Notes: generated by a model not told the origin, from the letters alone. A stretch of DNA of 64,000 bases from Psilocybe cubensis (GCA_017499595.2 CM039005.1:558001-622000); one strand, 5' to 3'. Counted from the first letter of the stretch, positions 25,348 to 40,935 are shown. Translations and numbers: made by a program.

Positions 25348-26757
25348 TACGGCGCGGATACCTCCTCGTCTCCCGATTCGTCATTCCAGCGCGTTGGAAC
25401 CGTCTCATTTACCTCGCTTCCAAGAATAGGCTAGTCCAAATTGCCTAGACTAGTCGGTAACGACAGCCGGAAGCTCGCACAACTGAGCAACCATCTGCAG
25501 AACACACATACGTGGCAGCCGTTCCCGCGCCGTTTATCACTTTTTCGAGGTTTCAGGACTTTCTGGGTACTGTCTAATGTAGTATATCCCACGCCAAGCG
25601 TGTTTGTAGGTTCTTTGGCACCGGGAAATTCAGATAATCAAAAATACATTCGGGGCATCTCAGGAGAGATTCAAACACAAAAACAAGCGTTTTCAAGGCT
25701 TTGAAATCACCGTGAATATCGATAATGACTACCTAGATAATATATAATGTGTATACGTCATGACGAATGCAGTAAACTAAGAGTACGGGTAACATTTCAA
25801 GCCACAGATGTTAAGCGCCCAAGCAAACAGCTTCACGCATACTGTAAATTGACACAACACATCGATTCCAATGCTCTATAGACACACCTCGCATACCATA
25901 CATAGCTCGCAGTAGACTGGAAGGTATACATACACTCACATATCTCGTCAACGAACCGTCAAGTCCACAACCTCACACTCACGTACCTCCTCCGGCCCCA
26001 AATCCGCATTCCAGCCCATTTCCACCGCTTTCTTTCATTTCGGGGCATCATCCCCACTAGCATAAGACTACTAGGCTGCGGCACGGAGCGTTCCGAGACC
26101 TAGAAGCAGGACAGAAATGAGTTGCAGTGTAATGCGTCTCGAGGGAGGATACGTACGTGGCATGCGATTCTGCGTCGTTTGCGCGTTTTAAGCGGGTTGG
26201 GGTGCTTTTACTGGGTGATATGGGTTAGATGTGTATGGGGTAAAGCTTGAGAGTACGTCAGGGAGCCTACAATTCAGTGTATGCGTGTATGTGATGTCGT
26301 TGTTCAAATTCGCTTTAGGAAACGTACATTTGCGAATTGGGCCGTTTTGAGGTATTCAGATGCTACAGTACTGTTTAAAATAGGGGTATATATTCATATT
26401 TATGCTTACCAGAGTAAGTACGAAGTGGAAATTTCAAAGATTCGTAGTGATACCTCTTAAGCGCCGAAAGCGTTGAATCACAAATACCACGAATAAACGC
26501 ACCAAGCACACAACGGTGGATCAATAACAGGCTTAACACACTCACCCCTATACCATACAGCCCATTCTTCGACTCCAAAACTCCAACATTGCAAACCCAA
26601 CTCACCGGACACAACACTGCTCCTCCTCATCCGAATCTCCATTCAACCTCATTCCAAACGTCTTCTTTCTCTATCCCTGCACGACCACTAGCTCCAGACC
26701 CCTCGGCTATCCTAACGTAACGTACTAACGGCGATTACTGAATTTTTCTTTTTTTTT
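25348..26757. other. Divergent haplotype tract spanning the unit 3/4 boundary
   Basis: Cluster of substitutions and indels, e.g. CTAGTCCAAATTGCCTAGACTAG, loss of ATATGAATGTG and an extended T-run at 26743-26757. Many are shared with unit 7. Confidence 0.9.
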
Positions 26758-29226
26758 GCCAGTAGAAGAAGAAGCATTCTGTAGAGTCCGAGAGACGTTA
26801 TACGTTGTTTTAATGCAAATTCGATGGAATACGTACATTGGGGGGGTTGTAATGGTGCATAGGAGCCCCTGAGTAATCGAACTGAAAGTGAGTGAACGTT
26901 GGAACCAAGTCTGAACGTCGACGAAAGTTTGTGCAAGTCGGATTTCACATCAAGACAAGAAAACACAGAAACGCACAAAAGTACTATTACCATCTTCAAC
27001 AAACGGACACCAGCATTGCTCTGCACCACTAACATTGTCTTAAAGTACATTCTTCACGAAACAAAATCCTAGATATTCCACACACAAAGACAGAGCGTTG
27101 ACCCGATACACACCCAAGAACCCCCTCCTCCTCCCCAAAATCGCAAAATCACCTCATCCCAATACGTTTTCCTGGCTCTTCGGCTCCGGAACGGTATTCA
27201 AATCCAAATTGCTTAAACCAACTAAAAAGCGGCGTCTCATTTGAGAAGAATTAGAATGCCTGTGTTGCAACGCGAAATCAGAACAAACCATTGGAGAGAT
27301 AACGGGTATGCGTACGTACGTTTGCTGTTCCCGAGTCAATTACTAGTTTATGCAATTCGATTAATGCATGGGTGAATGTGTGTTGACGATCTACGATACG
27401 AGTTGGAATTCACTTGATGCAAGGTAGATGATACTCGAGTCTAAAGTTCTGTGAGCCGCAAACCAAAAACGATTTGAATTTGAATCTCACATCTCGGACA
27501 CCAATGTAAATTCAAAGCAACACAACAATACCTCCAACACGAAACAGATAACAAACCCATTCGATCAATAGCACATTGCGTAAACGCACTAGCAACTATA
27601 CCGATGAACCGCGAACCGAGAGAAAGACACAAAAAAAAAACATTGCAAAGACGTAACGTTATGGACGTACAGGGGCAGCAGGTGTATAAAAAGGACACGG
27701 ACTAACGGGCTTTTTTCCTCATCCCCTCTCCTCTCCTCTTCTCACATTCTCTTCTCCCGCTCTCCGCTCAATGCCCTTGTCAGCCCGCCCCTCTCCAACA
27801 TCCTACACTCGCACTGCACTGCCAATGGACGGGAACGCACCGGTACGAGTCAACGTGCCCACGACGCCGTGAGTATTCCCCATCCCTCCCCTGAGCTGCG
27901 CCACGTCTGACCCTCCCTTCGCAGGAACACGTTTGACGACGAGTAGAGGATCTGGGAGGTAGAGGTCGGAGTCGGCGACGCGCCATAAATGCCACGCTGG
28001 CATGTCGACCGGGGCATCGAGGGCAGCGCACGGTGAGCCTCTAACATTTGTTTTCGCATCACACTCCGCCAAACCGCCTTTCTCTGCAGGTTGCCACGCC
28101 ATCGAGACGACGCGGGACTCGAATGCGCGTGCTCAGCGAGCTTGAGGACGGGGTAAGTAAATGCATTATTCGACGGGTATCATTGTTGACTGACCTGGAC
28201 ACGCAGAACCTTGCATGTGTGTTCCCAAGAGTCGGACACGTCGTCGAAACTGTAAGTCAGTCCACACTCGTCAGCAACCGCCTGTGATTGACAACCGCTG
28301 CATCAAGACCTGCGCCTGCTCAGCGAGCTTGAGGACGGAGTAAGTAAACAAGCTATTCAACATGGAACACTGCTGACTGACCTGGACACGCAGAACGACC
28401 TTGAATCCGTGTTCCCGAGCGGCGGAAACGCTGTCGAAAGTGAGTGCATGCTTTGTTCGTCAGACCGCCCGTGATTGACCACCCAATACCAAGGCCGTAT
28501 CGATTGGGGGGCAGGGAACAATGAGACCTATGCAAAAGTAAGTTGTCGTGTCGTTCACCGTGAACCAGCCTGAACTAACCTGACCTAGACACACAGAGCA
28601 CCCCCAATCTATTCAAAGGCCTACATCCGTTCAACCGGTGCAGCTCGACACATGCGCTCCGCTCGTTGTGAATCGCCCCTTGACAGCCCGCCTTGCTGCG
28701 GATTCCAGTACGCGATTGGGGAATGGACTGGACGCGGTGATGATGTGGTGGATGTGTGAGTACGCTGAGATGTTAGTAGGGAATGACTTGGAATGACCAC
28801 ACACAAGTACAGGTTGTGGTGTTGCCGTGGTTTCGCATCGGCCGCATATACCGTGGAGATGTGGAGGGAGGTGCCTAGTCGGTGTCCTAAGGATGCCATT
28901 GCAGGTTAGTTGACCCGTTGTTCAACGCGAGTCATGTCAAACTTACCTGAGATGTACATTGCAGGTCTGCGCTACCCTAAAATCTGGCTCTCCAATATCC
29001 CAGGCGGCACTCCTGTTGAATGCGAGTCGGGAACGCCGCAGCAAGGTACGTGACTCGTGTTCTGAACAGTTGTGACTGGGGTATAACGCGTTGTTGATAG
29101 GGTGGTGCTGATGGAAAGGATAACAGCAGGCAAGGGCATTCGTATCGACGCGTATGTCCCATATACGGGCAATGTCGATTCATAGCGGGAGCCGCTGCCT
29201 GATTGCCTGCTCCCGTGCATTCGCCT

Positions 29227-29831
29227 TCAAACACGCTGAGACGCAGCTCCGCCCGCGTGCTGTCCCTCCATCGGCTCCCCTCCCTCCCCCGCCTGCTCTC
29301 CCTCATTCTCCCCCAACCCCCCCTCCTCCGGATCCAACCAACTCTCCTCAACCGTCACCTTGACCCTCCTCACATACTCCTTCATATTTTCCCTATACAA
29401 CTGCGCCGCCTCCGCATTCGCCGGGCTATTCGGGTTCGGATCATGCAGCAAGCTCTGTATACTCGTCAATATCGCCGCGACGTCGTATGTGGGCGACCAC
29501 CGGTTTTGCAGGATGTCGAGGCAGAGCTCGCTGTTCGCGTAGACGTTGGGGTGGAACATCCGCGAGAGGAATTTGACGGTGGGCGGTTTGTTGGGGTAGG
29601 ACTCGTCGAATGTGAGGAGGAGCTTGAATGTGCCGTCTTCGAAGGGGGTGTCGCCTGTTGATAGGTGAGTGGCTGGGGGTGAGTGGGGAGAGGAAACGCA
29701 CCTGGCCCGAAGATGACAGCGTTCCAGAGCATAATATTGTCGGGGAGCGGACTGCCCGAGATCCCGCCTGGCGGGTCGGACGAGAGGCGCTTGAAGTCCC
29801 GGATGAGCCGTTTCTTGCAGTTCGTCGACAT
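29227..29831 (-). CDS. RAD6: Rad6/Ubc2 copy 4 (185 aa, S85)
   Basis: Same translation as copy 1 at offset +25431. Confidence 0.97.
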
Positions 29832-31134
29832 TGTTTGCTGAGTAAGATTGGGTCAAGTAATTCGGGTGGCTTTGGTTAAAGCGAGAGAGGGAGGTGTGGT
29901 CGTGTCTGAATCGCGTGCTGTTAATGAGGGCACTGCGACTGTCGTCGTACACGTCGTCTCGTATGTGGTATGCGGTATTCTAATGATGGTATGCGATATG
30001 GATTGTAAAACCTGCAAACCCAACTTTAATTGTATCTTCCCCTACCAAACCACCCTCAAAACATACCTTTGTACGTGCGTATATGCAAGCGTAAAGTCGT
30101 CTCAGGCGGCTGGTATGAAGAAACAAGCAAGTCAGTCTAACTCAGAAGCAGTGGCAGTGGCAGGCCTCCTCATGTCACGCCCACTGACCGTGACCTGACT
30201 CCGCCGCATCTAATCTGGAAACAAACAATAGCAACAACAATCACTCTGCCGAAATGCCGCAAGTTGACTTTGTCGTTGTAAGTATTTCATTCATCCACAA
30301 CGGTTGCCCTGAACGATGAGGACGCTCTTTCACTCGCAACGGCGCTTGTTCGATTCCCCGCACCCATTGCGCTGTGTCCTGATTGCCCCCGCCGCCTGCT
30401 ACAATCTTCAAAGTAGTCAACGTATCACTGTGATTTGACTTTGCCCTCGCCTACGGTCTGGTAAGCATACCACACACTGCAAAGTGCAAAGTGCGGACCA
30501 CCGGACCCGACGCGCTCGTGCCTGTTTGGCCTCTACCGTGTCCGCGTCCATCAGCCCACACATGCACACACGCGCTATGCAAACATCACACCGGCACCCC
30601 TGACTCAACCCAACTCCCGCGTTCCAATGCGTTGAGATTTGCACTGTGTAGCGTATCTCGAGAACCACAGGGTATAGCACAACGACTCTCGATGTCTCAG
30701 GGATGCTTACTCTGAGCGCAACAATTCTCAATGACAGAGACAAAGCAGGACATTTTTTGTATTTTAAGAACACACTTTTGTAAAATTCTAACCAAAAAAG
30801 GCAAAATCTATTTATAACTGAAAAAAAGAGCCTTGTCCACAATGTCCAACCCTCTTCTGGTAACAAACTTCAAGGGTTTCCCCTCCCCCGAAGGGCAGAG
30901 AAACAAAGTGACGGGGTGAGGTCCCCCGACACATGGTGGGTTAGTAGCAGAAACAGCGGGAAGGGGCATAAAAAGTCAGTGGGGCAAGTCCATAGCCCTA
31001 CCGTAAAGCTCCGAAAACATACCTAAGCAGGTTTCTAGATAAATACAAGTCTGCGAGAGATTCAGAATACAACTTACTTGGTAAAGTTTTTGTCATTCAA
31101 TGGATGCAACGGCAGCAGGCGGCATCGGTGTCAA

Positions 31135-32459
31135 CTACAATCAAAGTCAGTCACAGTCTATTCAAAGTACAATTCTACAGACTTACCATTCCGAATCTCG
31201 CTCGACGGACGGAAATACATAGCGTCGAGGGTTTTTGCTTGTAAGAAATTTCTAGAGTCAAAGTTAGCAGTAGTTTAGGGAAAGTAAAATCAAGCCCACG
31301 TACCAACTATCGTGTCAAAGCACTCGTGCAGATGCCCCATCCTGCTCGTCGGACGTCGATATATGGTCTCAAGGTAAATCTAGAGCCAAGGTCAGTAAAA
31401 ATCCAATAAATGAATGCCATACATACATACCTCAACGGGCACACAGCTAACAACGCCTGCTCGGCGGACGGCGATACGTCGTGTCAAGGCAAAATCTAGG
31501 GTCACGGGTCAGTGATAATTAATGCAAACCAAGTTGAAGTACACTTACCACTTGGTGTAGATCCTCACACTCGGTCGGCGGACGTCGATACATCATGTCA
31601 AAGCAAAATCTAGGGTCACGGTCAGCTTTAATTAATGCAAAGCATGTCGAAGTACACATACCACGGGTTTTAGATCCCCACACTCGGTCGGCGGACGTCG
31701 ATACATTGTGTCAAAGCGAATCTAGGGTCAAGGTCAGTCTTTGTACATTAAATAAAACTAAAACACACATACCTATGCACCAGAGGTCCAATCCCGGTCA
31801 GCGGACGGCGATACGTCGTGTCAAAGTCTAGAGTCAGAGTCAGTCTCTGTACATTAAATAAAAGTAAACCACACATACCTGTACACCAGAGGTCCAACCC
31901 CGCTTGGCGGACGTCGATACGTCATGTCAGAGCAAATCGGGGTCACCCAGACATCCAATCCCACTCGGCGGACGTCGATACGTTGTGTCAGAGCAAATCT
32001 GAGGTCAAGGTCAGTGTGAGTACATATCATAAAAGTAATACACACATACCTGAAGACCAGAGGTCCAATCCCGCTCGCCGGACGTCGATACGTCGTGTCA
32101 GAGCAATATCTAAGGCCAGGGTTAGTCACAACTTGTTCAACGAATGCTACAGCACACTTACCACAATAGTGAGGAGGCAGGTAACAGGCGCGCTCGGCGG
32201 ACGGCGATACGTCGTGTCAGGACTAAATCTTGGGATAAAATCAGTCTCCGTTTGGTAAATAAATGATACACAACTTACCAGCTCGCCGGAACGCGATACA
32301 TAGCGTCGGGCTATGTTAACAGGGCATAAATCCTTGGATCAAAGTCAGTCTCACTTCTTCAACAAACATCACAGCACATACCAGGTCGGCGGAACACGAT
32401 ATATAGTGTCGAAGCAATTCCATGTCGAGAGGGGTAGCACACCACCATACTGACAGCAT
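31135..32459 (-). ncRNA. Exon-intron module array, unit 4
   Basis: Copy of 5704-7028 (+25431). Confidence 0.6.
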
Positions 32460-35400
32460 GGGTACAAAGTAGATGGATAAAAAAAACCCAATATCAGAGT
32501 TCTCTTTATACCTTTTTCACCCCAAACTTTTTCAAAGCCCGCTCTCAGTCACGTAGCAACACTTCTTTCTAGCTTCATCATTTTTACTAGCTTCGCTTCC
32601 GAATATTTCCTCATGCCATAACTTTGCATAATAGGAGACCTTTACATCCCTTTCTCCACTCCCTCAAACGTGGAATATCAAGCCACAGTGCACCACAAGG
32701 CACAAAACTCACTCGCCAAGTCGCAATTGGCTCAAATTCATGTCCCGTGCAGTAAAAAACCTCACTCCTATCAAGTGAAAATTGTTACGCCATTTTGTAA
32801 TACCACGTACTAATCTTTGGTAAAGGTCCTCGTTTCAATTTCTACAGCACATCTAGCTCTGATTTCAATGCAGTAATAGCGTTATCTTCTCCCCAAAGTA
32901 TTTTTTGGGATTACTTGCTGCAGACCGGTCAATTCGAAAGCTATGTCATCACATTCAGACACTCTGCACAGGATGCGCTGACGCTGATGCTGCAGACTCT
33001 GCGCAAACGATGTGCTTACGCTAACGCTACAGAGTCTGCGCACACAATGCGCTGACGCTGACTCTGTGCACAGGATGCGCTGCCGCTGACTCTGTACACA
33101 CGATGCGCTGGCACTTGGTATTACAACATCGGCTCGCCGGCGTTCACAAGCCCAGGAACGAGATCACAACTTCCGACGCTCTAGCCTCGTTTAACTAATC
33201 GTTAAATCTACGACAAATCGCCCACAGGATCACGATCTACGCGTGTTCATTAGGACCCTGCCCTAATTCCCCACAGGTGCGTCATCATTCCACTCTAGGT
33301 TTAGTTTGCATCTCAGGAACACAAATTCGACTGTAAAGTCTATTTTTCACCTCCGTTCCGAGTCGACGTCATTCACGACAACAACAGTTGGTTCGACTTT
33401 GCGAGAGATGTTGGTATTTCGGATATGTTTACAACAGTACGTCCTTTGAGTCCTGGTTACTAATCTCACGGGTGACGGAATCATTCGAAAATTAGACACT
33501 TCCTTCAAACGCAGGTGCGTGCCAAAGCCGACATCCCACTCTATCGATACATCTCGTCTTACTCGTAACCCACTATTTTGAAGTGTTCCGTTCCATTTGA
33601 CTTTGAGACTAGCGCGTCAGATAATCGGGAGTTGCTATATTCGAGTGCGCCCGAAAACACATCTATGCAACAACGTCAAGGCCAGTACTCTGACGTACCG
33701 CATTTGTTATCTCACCTTTTGCTTGTGTAGACGTGCTATGACCTCAACGTAGACATTCAGGAGGTGATTTACGGTGACAACTCACCTTCATTCCAACATT
33801 TCCCCAGTTCAAATTCGCATGTCAACCACGGCGCGGATACCTCCTCGTCTCCCGATTCGTCATTCTAGCGCGTTGCAACCGTCTCATATACCTCGCTTCC
33901 AAGAATAGGCTAGTCTAGACTAGTCGGTAACGACAGCCGGAAGCTCGCAAAACTGAGCAACCAATATGAATGTGCTGCAGAACACACATACGTGGCAGCC
34001 GTTCCCGCGCCGTTTATCACTTTTTCGAGGTTTCAGGGCTTTCTGGGTACTGTATAATGTAGTATATCCCACGCCAAGCGTGTTTGTAGGTCCTTTGGCA
34101 GCGTGAAGTTGAGATAATCAAAAATACATCCGGGGCATCTCAGGAGAGATTCAAACACAAAAACAAGCGTTTGCGAGGCTTTGAAATCACCGTGAAGATC
34201 GATAATGACTACCTAGATAATCTATAATGTGTATACGTCATGACGAATGCAGTAAACTAAGAGTACGGGTAACATTTCAAGCCACAGATGTTAAGCGCCC
34301 AAGCAAACAGCTTCACGCAGACTGTAAATTAGCAAAACACATCGATTCCAATGCTCTATAGACACACCTCGCATACCATACATATCTCAGAGTACACTAT
34401 AAGACATACATACACTCACATATCTCGTCAACGAACCGTCAAGTCCACAACCTCACACTCACGTACCTCCTCCGGCCCCCAATCCGCATTCCAGCCCATT
34501 TCCACTGCTTCCTTTCATTTCGGGGCATCATCCCCACTAGCATAAGACTACTCGGCTGCGGCACGGAGCGTTCCAAGACCTAGAAGCAGGACAGAAATGA
34601 GTTGCAGTGTAATGCGTCTCGAGGGAGGATATGTACGTGGCATGCGATTCTGCGTCGTTTGCGCGTTTTAAGCGGGTTGGGGTGCTTTTACTGGGTGATA
34701 TGGGTTAGGTGTGTATGGGGTAAAGCTTGAAAGTACATCAGGGAACCTACAATTGAGTTTATGCGTGTATGTGATGTCGTTGTTCAAATTCGCTTTAGGA
34801 AACGTACATTTGCGAATTGGGCCGTTTTGAGGTATTCAGATGCTACAGTACTGTTTAAAATAGGGGTATATATTCATATTTATGCTTACCTGAGTAAGTA
34901 CAAAGTGGAAATTTCAAAGATTTGCAGCGATGAACCCTTAAGCGCCGAAAGCGTTGAATCGCAAATACAACAAATAAACGCACCAAACACACGATGGTGG
35001 ACCACTAACACGCATGATACACTCACCCCTATACCATACAGCCCATTCTTCGACTCCAAAACTCCAACATCGCAAACCCAACTCACCGGACACAACACTC
35101 CTCCTCCTCGTCCGAATCTCCATTCAACCTCATTCCAACCACCTTCTTTCTCTTCACCCCTGCACGCCCACTAGCTCCAGACCCCTCGGCTATCCTAACG
35201 TAACGTACTAACGGCGATTACTGAATTTTTTCTGCCAGTAGAAGAAGAAGCATTCTGTAGAGTCCGAGAGACGTTATACGTTGTTTTAATGCAAATTCGA
35301 TGGAATACGTACATTGGGGGGGTTGTAATGGTGCATAGGAGCCCCTGAGTAATCGAACTGAAAGTGAGTGAACGTTGGAACCAAGTCTGAACGTCGACGA

Positions 35401-37702
35401 AAGTTTGTGCAAGTCGGATTTCACATCAAGACAAGAAAACACAGAAACGCACAAAAGTACTATTACCATCTTCAACAAACGGACACCAGCATTGCTCTGC
35501 ACCACTAACATTGTCTTAAAGTACATTCTTCACGAAACAAAATCCTAGATATTCCACACACAAAGACAGAGCGTTGACCCGATACACACCCAAGAACCCC
35601 CTCCTCCTCCCCAAAATCGCAAAATCACCTCATCCCAATACGTTTTCCTGGCTCTTCGGCTCCGGAACGGTATTCAAATCCAAATTGCGTAAACCAACTA
35701 AAAAGCGGCGTCTCATTTGAGAAGAATTAGAATGCCTGTGTTGCAACGCGAAATCAGAACAAACCATTGGAGAGATAACGGGTATGCGTACGTACGTTTG
35801 CTGTTCCCGAGTCAATTACTAGTTTATGCAATTCGATTAATGCATGGGTGAATGTGTGTTGACGATCTACGATACGAGTTGGAATTCACTTGATGCAAGG
35901 TAGATGATACTCGAGTCTAAAGTTCTGTGAGCCGCAAACCAAAAACGATTTGAATTTGAATCTCACATCTCGGACACCAATGTAAATTCAAAGCAACACA
36001 ACAATACCTCCAACACGAAACAGATAACAAACCCATTCGATCAATAGCACATTGCGTAAACGCACTAGCAACTATACCGATGAACCGCGAACCGAGAGAA
36101 AGACACAAAAAAAAAACATTGCAAAGACGTAACGTTATGGACGTACAGGGGCAGCAGGTGTATAAAAAGGACACGGACTAACGGGCTTTTTTCCTCATCC
36201 CCTCTCCTCTCCTCTTCTCACATTCTCTTCTCCCGCTCTCCGCTCAATGCCCTTGTCAGCCCGCCCCTCTCCAACATCCTACACTCGCACTGCACTGCCA
36301 ATGGACGGGAACGCACCGGTACGAGTCAACGTGCCCACGACGCCGTGAGTATTCCCCATCCCTCCCCTGAGCTGCGCCACGTCTGACCCTCCCTTCGCAG
36401 GAACACGTTTGACGACGAGTAGAGGATCTGGGAGGTAGAGGTCGGAGTCGGCGACGCGCCATAAATGCCACGCTGGCATGTCGACCGGGGCATCGAGGGC
36501 AGCGCACGGTGAGCCTCTAACATTTGTTTTCGCATCACACTCCGCCAAACCGCCTTTCTCTGCAGGTTGCCACGCCATCGAGACGACGCGGGACTCGAAT
36601 GCGCGTGCTCAGCGAGCTTGAGGACGGGGTAAGTAAATGCATTATTCGACGGGTATCATTGTTGACTGACCTGGACACGCAGAACCTTGCATGTGTGTTC
36701 CCAAGAGTCGGACACGTCGTCGAAACTGTAAGTCAGTCCACACTCGTCAGCAACCGCCTGTGATTGACAACCGCTGCATCAAGACCTGCGCCTGCTCAGC
36801 GAGCTTGAGGACGGAGTAAGTAAACAAGCTATTCAACATGGAACACTGCTGACTGACCTGGACACGCAGAACGACCTTGAATCCGTGTTCCCGAGCGGCG
36901 GAAACGCTGTCGAAAGTGAGTGCATGCTTTGTTCGTCAGACCGCCCGTGATTGACCACCCAATACCAAGGCCGTATCGATTGGGGGGCAGGGAACAATGA
37001 GACCTATGCAAAAGTAAGTTGTCGTGTCGTTCACCGTGAACCAGCCTGAACTAACCTGACCTAGACACACAGAGCACCCCCAATCTATTCAAAGGCCTAC
37101 ATCCGTTCAACCGGTGCAGCTCGACACATGCGCTCCGCTCGTTGTGAATCGCCCCTTGACAGCCCGCCTTGCTGCGGATTCCAGTACGCGATTGGGGAAT
37201 GGACTGGACGCGGTGGTGATGTGGTGGATGTGTGAGTACGCTGAGATGTTAGTAGGGAATGACTTGGAATGACCACACACAAGTACAGGTTGTGGTGTTG
37301 CCGTGGTTTCGCATCGGCCGCATATACCGTGGAGATGTGGAGGGAGGTGCCTAGTCGGTGTCCTAAGGATGCCATTGCAGGTTAGTTGACCCGTTGTTCA
37401 ACGCGAGTCATGTCAAACTTACCTGAGATGTACATTGCAGGTCTGCGCTACCCTAAAATCTGGCTCTCCAATATCCCAGGCGGCACTCCTGTTGAATGCG
37501 AGTCGGGAACGCCGCAGCAAGGTACGTGACTCGTGTTCTGAACAGTTGTGACTGGGGTATAACGCGTTGTTGATAGGGTGGTGCTGATGGAAAGGATAAC
37601 AGCAGGCAAGGGCATTCGTATCGACGCGTATGTCCCATATACGGGCAATGTCGATTCATAGCGGGAGCCGCTGCCTGATTGCCTGCTCCCGTGCATTCGC
37701 CT

Positions 37703-38307
37703 TCAAACACGCTGAGACGCAGCTCCGCCCGCGTGCTGTCCCTCCATCGGCTCCCCTCCCTCCCCCGCCTGCTCTCCCTCATTCTCCCCCAACCCCCCCT
37801 CCTCCGGATCCAACCAACTCTCCTCAACCGTCACCTTGACCCTCCTCACATACTCCTTCATATTTTCCCTATACAACTGCGCCGCCTCCGCATTCGCCGG
37901 GCTATTCGGGTTCGGATCATGCAGCAAGCTCTGTATACTCGTCAATATCGCCGCGACGTCGTATGTGGGCGACCACCGGTTTTGCAGGATGTCGAGGCAG
38001 AGCTCGCTGTTCGCGTAGACGTTGGGGTGGAACATCCGCGAGAGGAATTTGACGGTGGGCGGTTTGTTGGGGTAGGACTCGTCGAATGTGAGGAGGAGCT
38101 TGAATGTGCCGTCTTCGAAGGGGGTGTCGCCTGTTGATAGGTGAGTGGCTGGGGGTGAGTGGGGAGAGGAAACGCACCTGGCCCGAAGATGACAGCGTTC
38201 CAGAGCATAATATTGTCGGGGAGCGGACTGCCCGAGATCCCGCCTGGCGGGTCGGACGAGAGGCGCTTGAAGTCCCGGATGAGCCGTTTCTTGCAGTTCG
38301 TCGACAT
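37703..38307 (-). CDS. RAD6: Rad6/Ubc2 copy 5 (185 aa, S85)
   Basis: Same translation as copy 1 at offset +33907. Confidence 0.97.
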
Positions 38308-39610
38308 TGTTTGCTGAGTAAGATTGGGTCAAGTAATTCGGGTGGCTTTGGTTAAAGCGAGAGAGGGAGGTGTGGTCGTGTCTGAATCGCGTGCTGTTAA
38401 TGAGGGCACTGCGACTGTCGTCGTACACGTCGTCTCGTATGTGGTATGCGGTATTCTAATGATGGTATGCGATATGGATTGTAAAACCTGCAAACCCAAC
38501 TTTAATTGTATCTTCCCCTACCAAACCACCCTCAAAACATACCTTTGTACGTGCGTATATGCAAGCGTAAAGTCGTCTCAGGCGGCTGGTATGAAGAAAC
38601 AAGCAAGTCAGTCTAACTCAGAAGCAGTGGCAGTGGCAGGCCTCCTCATGTCACGCCCACTGACCGTGACCTGACTCCGCCGCATCTAATCTGGAAACAA
38701 ACAATAGCAACAACAATCACTCTGCCGAAATGCCGCAAGTTGACTTTGTCGTTGTAAGTATTTCATTCATCCACAACGGTTGCCCTGAACGATGAGGACG
38801 CTCTTTCACTCGCAACGGCGCTTGTTCGATTCCCCGCACCCATTGCGCTGTGTCCTGATTGCCCCCGCCGCCTGCTACAATCTTCAAAGTAGTCAACGTA
38901 TCACTGTGATTTGACTTTGCCCTCGCCTACGGTCTGGTAAGCATACCACACACTGCAAAGTGCAAAGTGCGGACCACCGGACCCGACGCGCTCGTGCCTG
39001 TTTGGCCTCTACCGTGTCCGCGTCCATCAGCCCACACATGCACACACGCGCTATGCAAACATCACACCGGCACCCCTGACTCAACCCAACTCCCGCGTTC
39101 CAATGCGTTGAGATTTGCACTGTGTAGCGTATCTCGAGAACCACAGGGTATAGCACAACGACTCTCGATGTCTCAGGGATGCTTACTCTGAGCGCAACAA
39201 TTCTCAATGACAGAGACAAAGCAGGACATTTTTTGTATTTTAAGAACACACTTTTGTAAAATTCTAACCAAAAAAGGCAAAATCTATTTATAACTGAAAA
39301 AAAGAGCCTTGTCCACAATGTCCAACCCTCTTCTGGTAACAAACTTCAAGGGTTTCCCCTCCCCCGAAGGGCAGAGAAACAAAGTGACGGGGTGAGGTCC
39401 CCCGACACATGGTGGGTTAGTAGCAGAAACAGCGGGAAGGGGCATAAAAAGTCAGTGGGGCAAGTCCATAGCCCTACCGTAAAGCTCCGAAAACATACCT
39501 AAGCAGGTTTCTAGATAAATACAAGTCTGCGAGAGATTCAGAATACAACTTACTTGGTAAAGTTTTTGTCATTCAATGGATGCAACGGCAGCAGGCGGCA
39601 TCGGTGTCAA

Positions 39611-40935
39611 CTACAATCAAAGTCAGTCACAGTCTATTCAAAGTACAATTCTACAGACTTACCATTCCGAATCTCGCTCGACGGACGGAAATACATAGCG
39701 TCGAGGGTTTTTGCTTGTAAGAAATTTCTAGAGTCAAAGTTAGCAGTAGTTTAGGGAAAGTAAAATCAAGCCCACGTACCAACTATCGTGTCAAAGCACT
39801 CGTGCAGATGCCCCATCCTGCTCGTCGGACGTCGATATATGGTCTCAAGGTAAATCTAGAGCCAAGGTCAGTAAAAATCCAATAAATGAATGCCATACAT
39901 ACATACCTCAACGGGCACACAGCTAACAACGCCTGCTCGGCGGACGGCGATACGTCGTGTCAAGGCAAAATCTAGGGTCACGGGTCAGTGATAATTAATG
40001 CAAACCAAGTTGAAGTACACTTACCACTTGGTGTAGATCCTCACACTCGGTCGGCGGACGTCGATACATCATGTCAAAGCAAAATCTAGGGTCACGGTCA
40101 GCTTTAATTAATGCAAAGCATGTCGAAGTACACATACCACGGGTTTTAGATCCCCACACTCGGTCGGCGGACGTCGATACATTGTGTCAAAGCGAATCTA
40201 GGGTCAAGGTCAGTCTTTGTACATTAAATAAAACTAAAACACACATACCTATGCACCAGAGGTCCAATCCCGGTCAGCGGACGGCGATACGTCGTGTCAA
40301 AGTCTAGAGTCAGAGTCAGTCTCTGTACATTAAATAAAAGTAAACCACACATACCTGTACACCAGAGGTCCAACCCCGCTTGGCGGACGTCGATACGTCA
40401 TGTCAGAGCAAATCGGGGTCACCCAGACATCCAATCCCACTCGGCGGACGTCGATACGTTGTGTCAGAGCAAATCTGAGGTCAAGGTCAGTGTGAGTACA
40501 TATCATAAAAGTAATACACACATACCTGAAGACCAGAGGTCCAATCCCGCTCGCCGGACGTCGATACGTCGTGTCAGAGCAATATCTAAGGCCAGGGTTA
40601 GTCACAACTTGTTCAACGAATGCTACAGCACACTTACCACAATAGTGAGGAGGCAGGTAACAGGCGCGCTCGGCGGACGGCGATACGTCGTGTCAGGACT
40701 AAATCTTGGGATAAAATCAGTCTCCGTTTGGTAAATAAATGATACACAACTTACCAGCTCGCCGGAACGCGATACATAGCGTCGGGCTATGTTAACAGGG
40801 CATAAATCCTTGGATCAAAGTCAGTCTCACTTCTTCAACAAACATCACAGCACATACCAGGTCGGCGGAACACGATATATAGTGTCGAAGCAATTCCATG
40901 TCGAGAGGGGTAGCACACCACCATACTGACAGCAT
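39611..40935 (-). ncRNA. Exon-intron module array, unit 5
   Basis: Copy of 5704-7028 (+33907). Confidence 0.6.
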
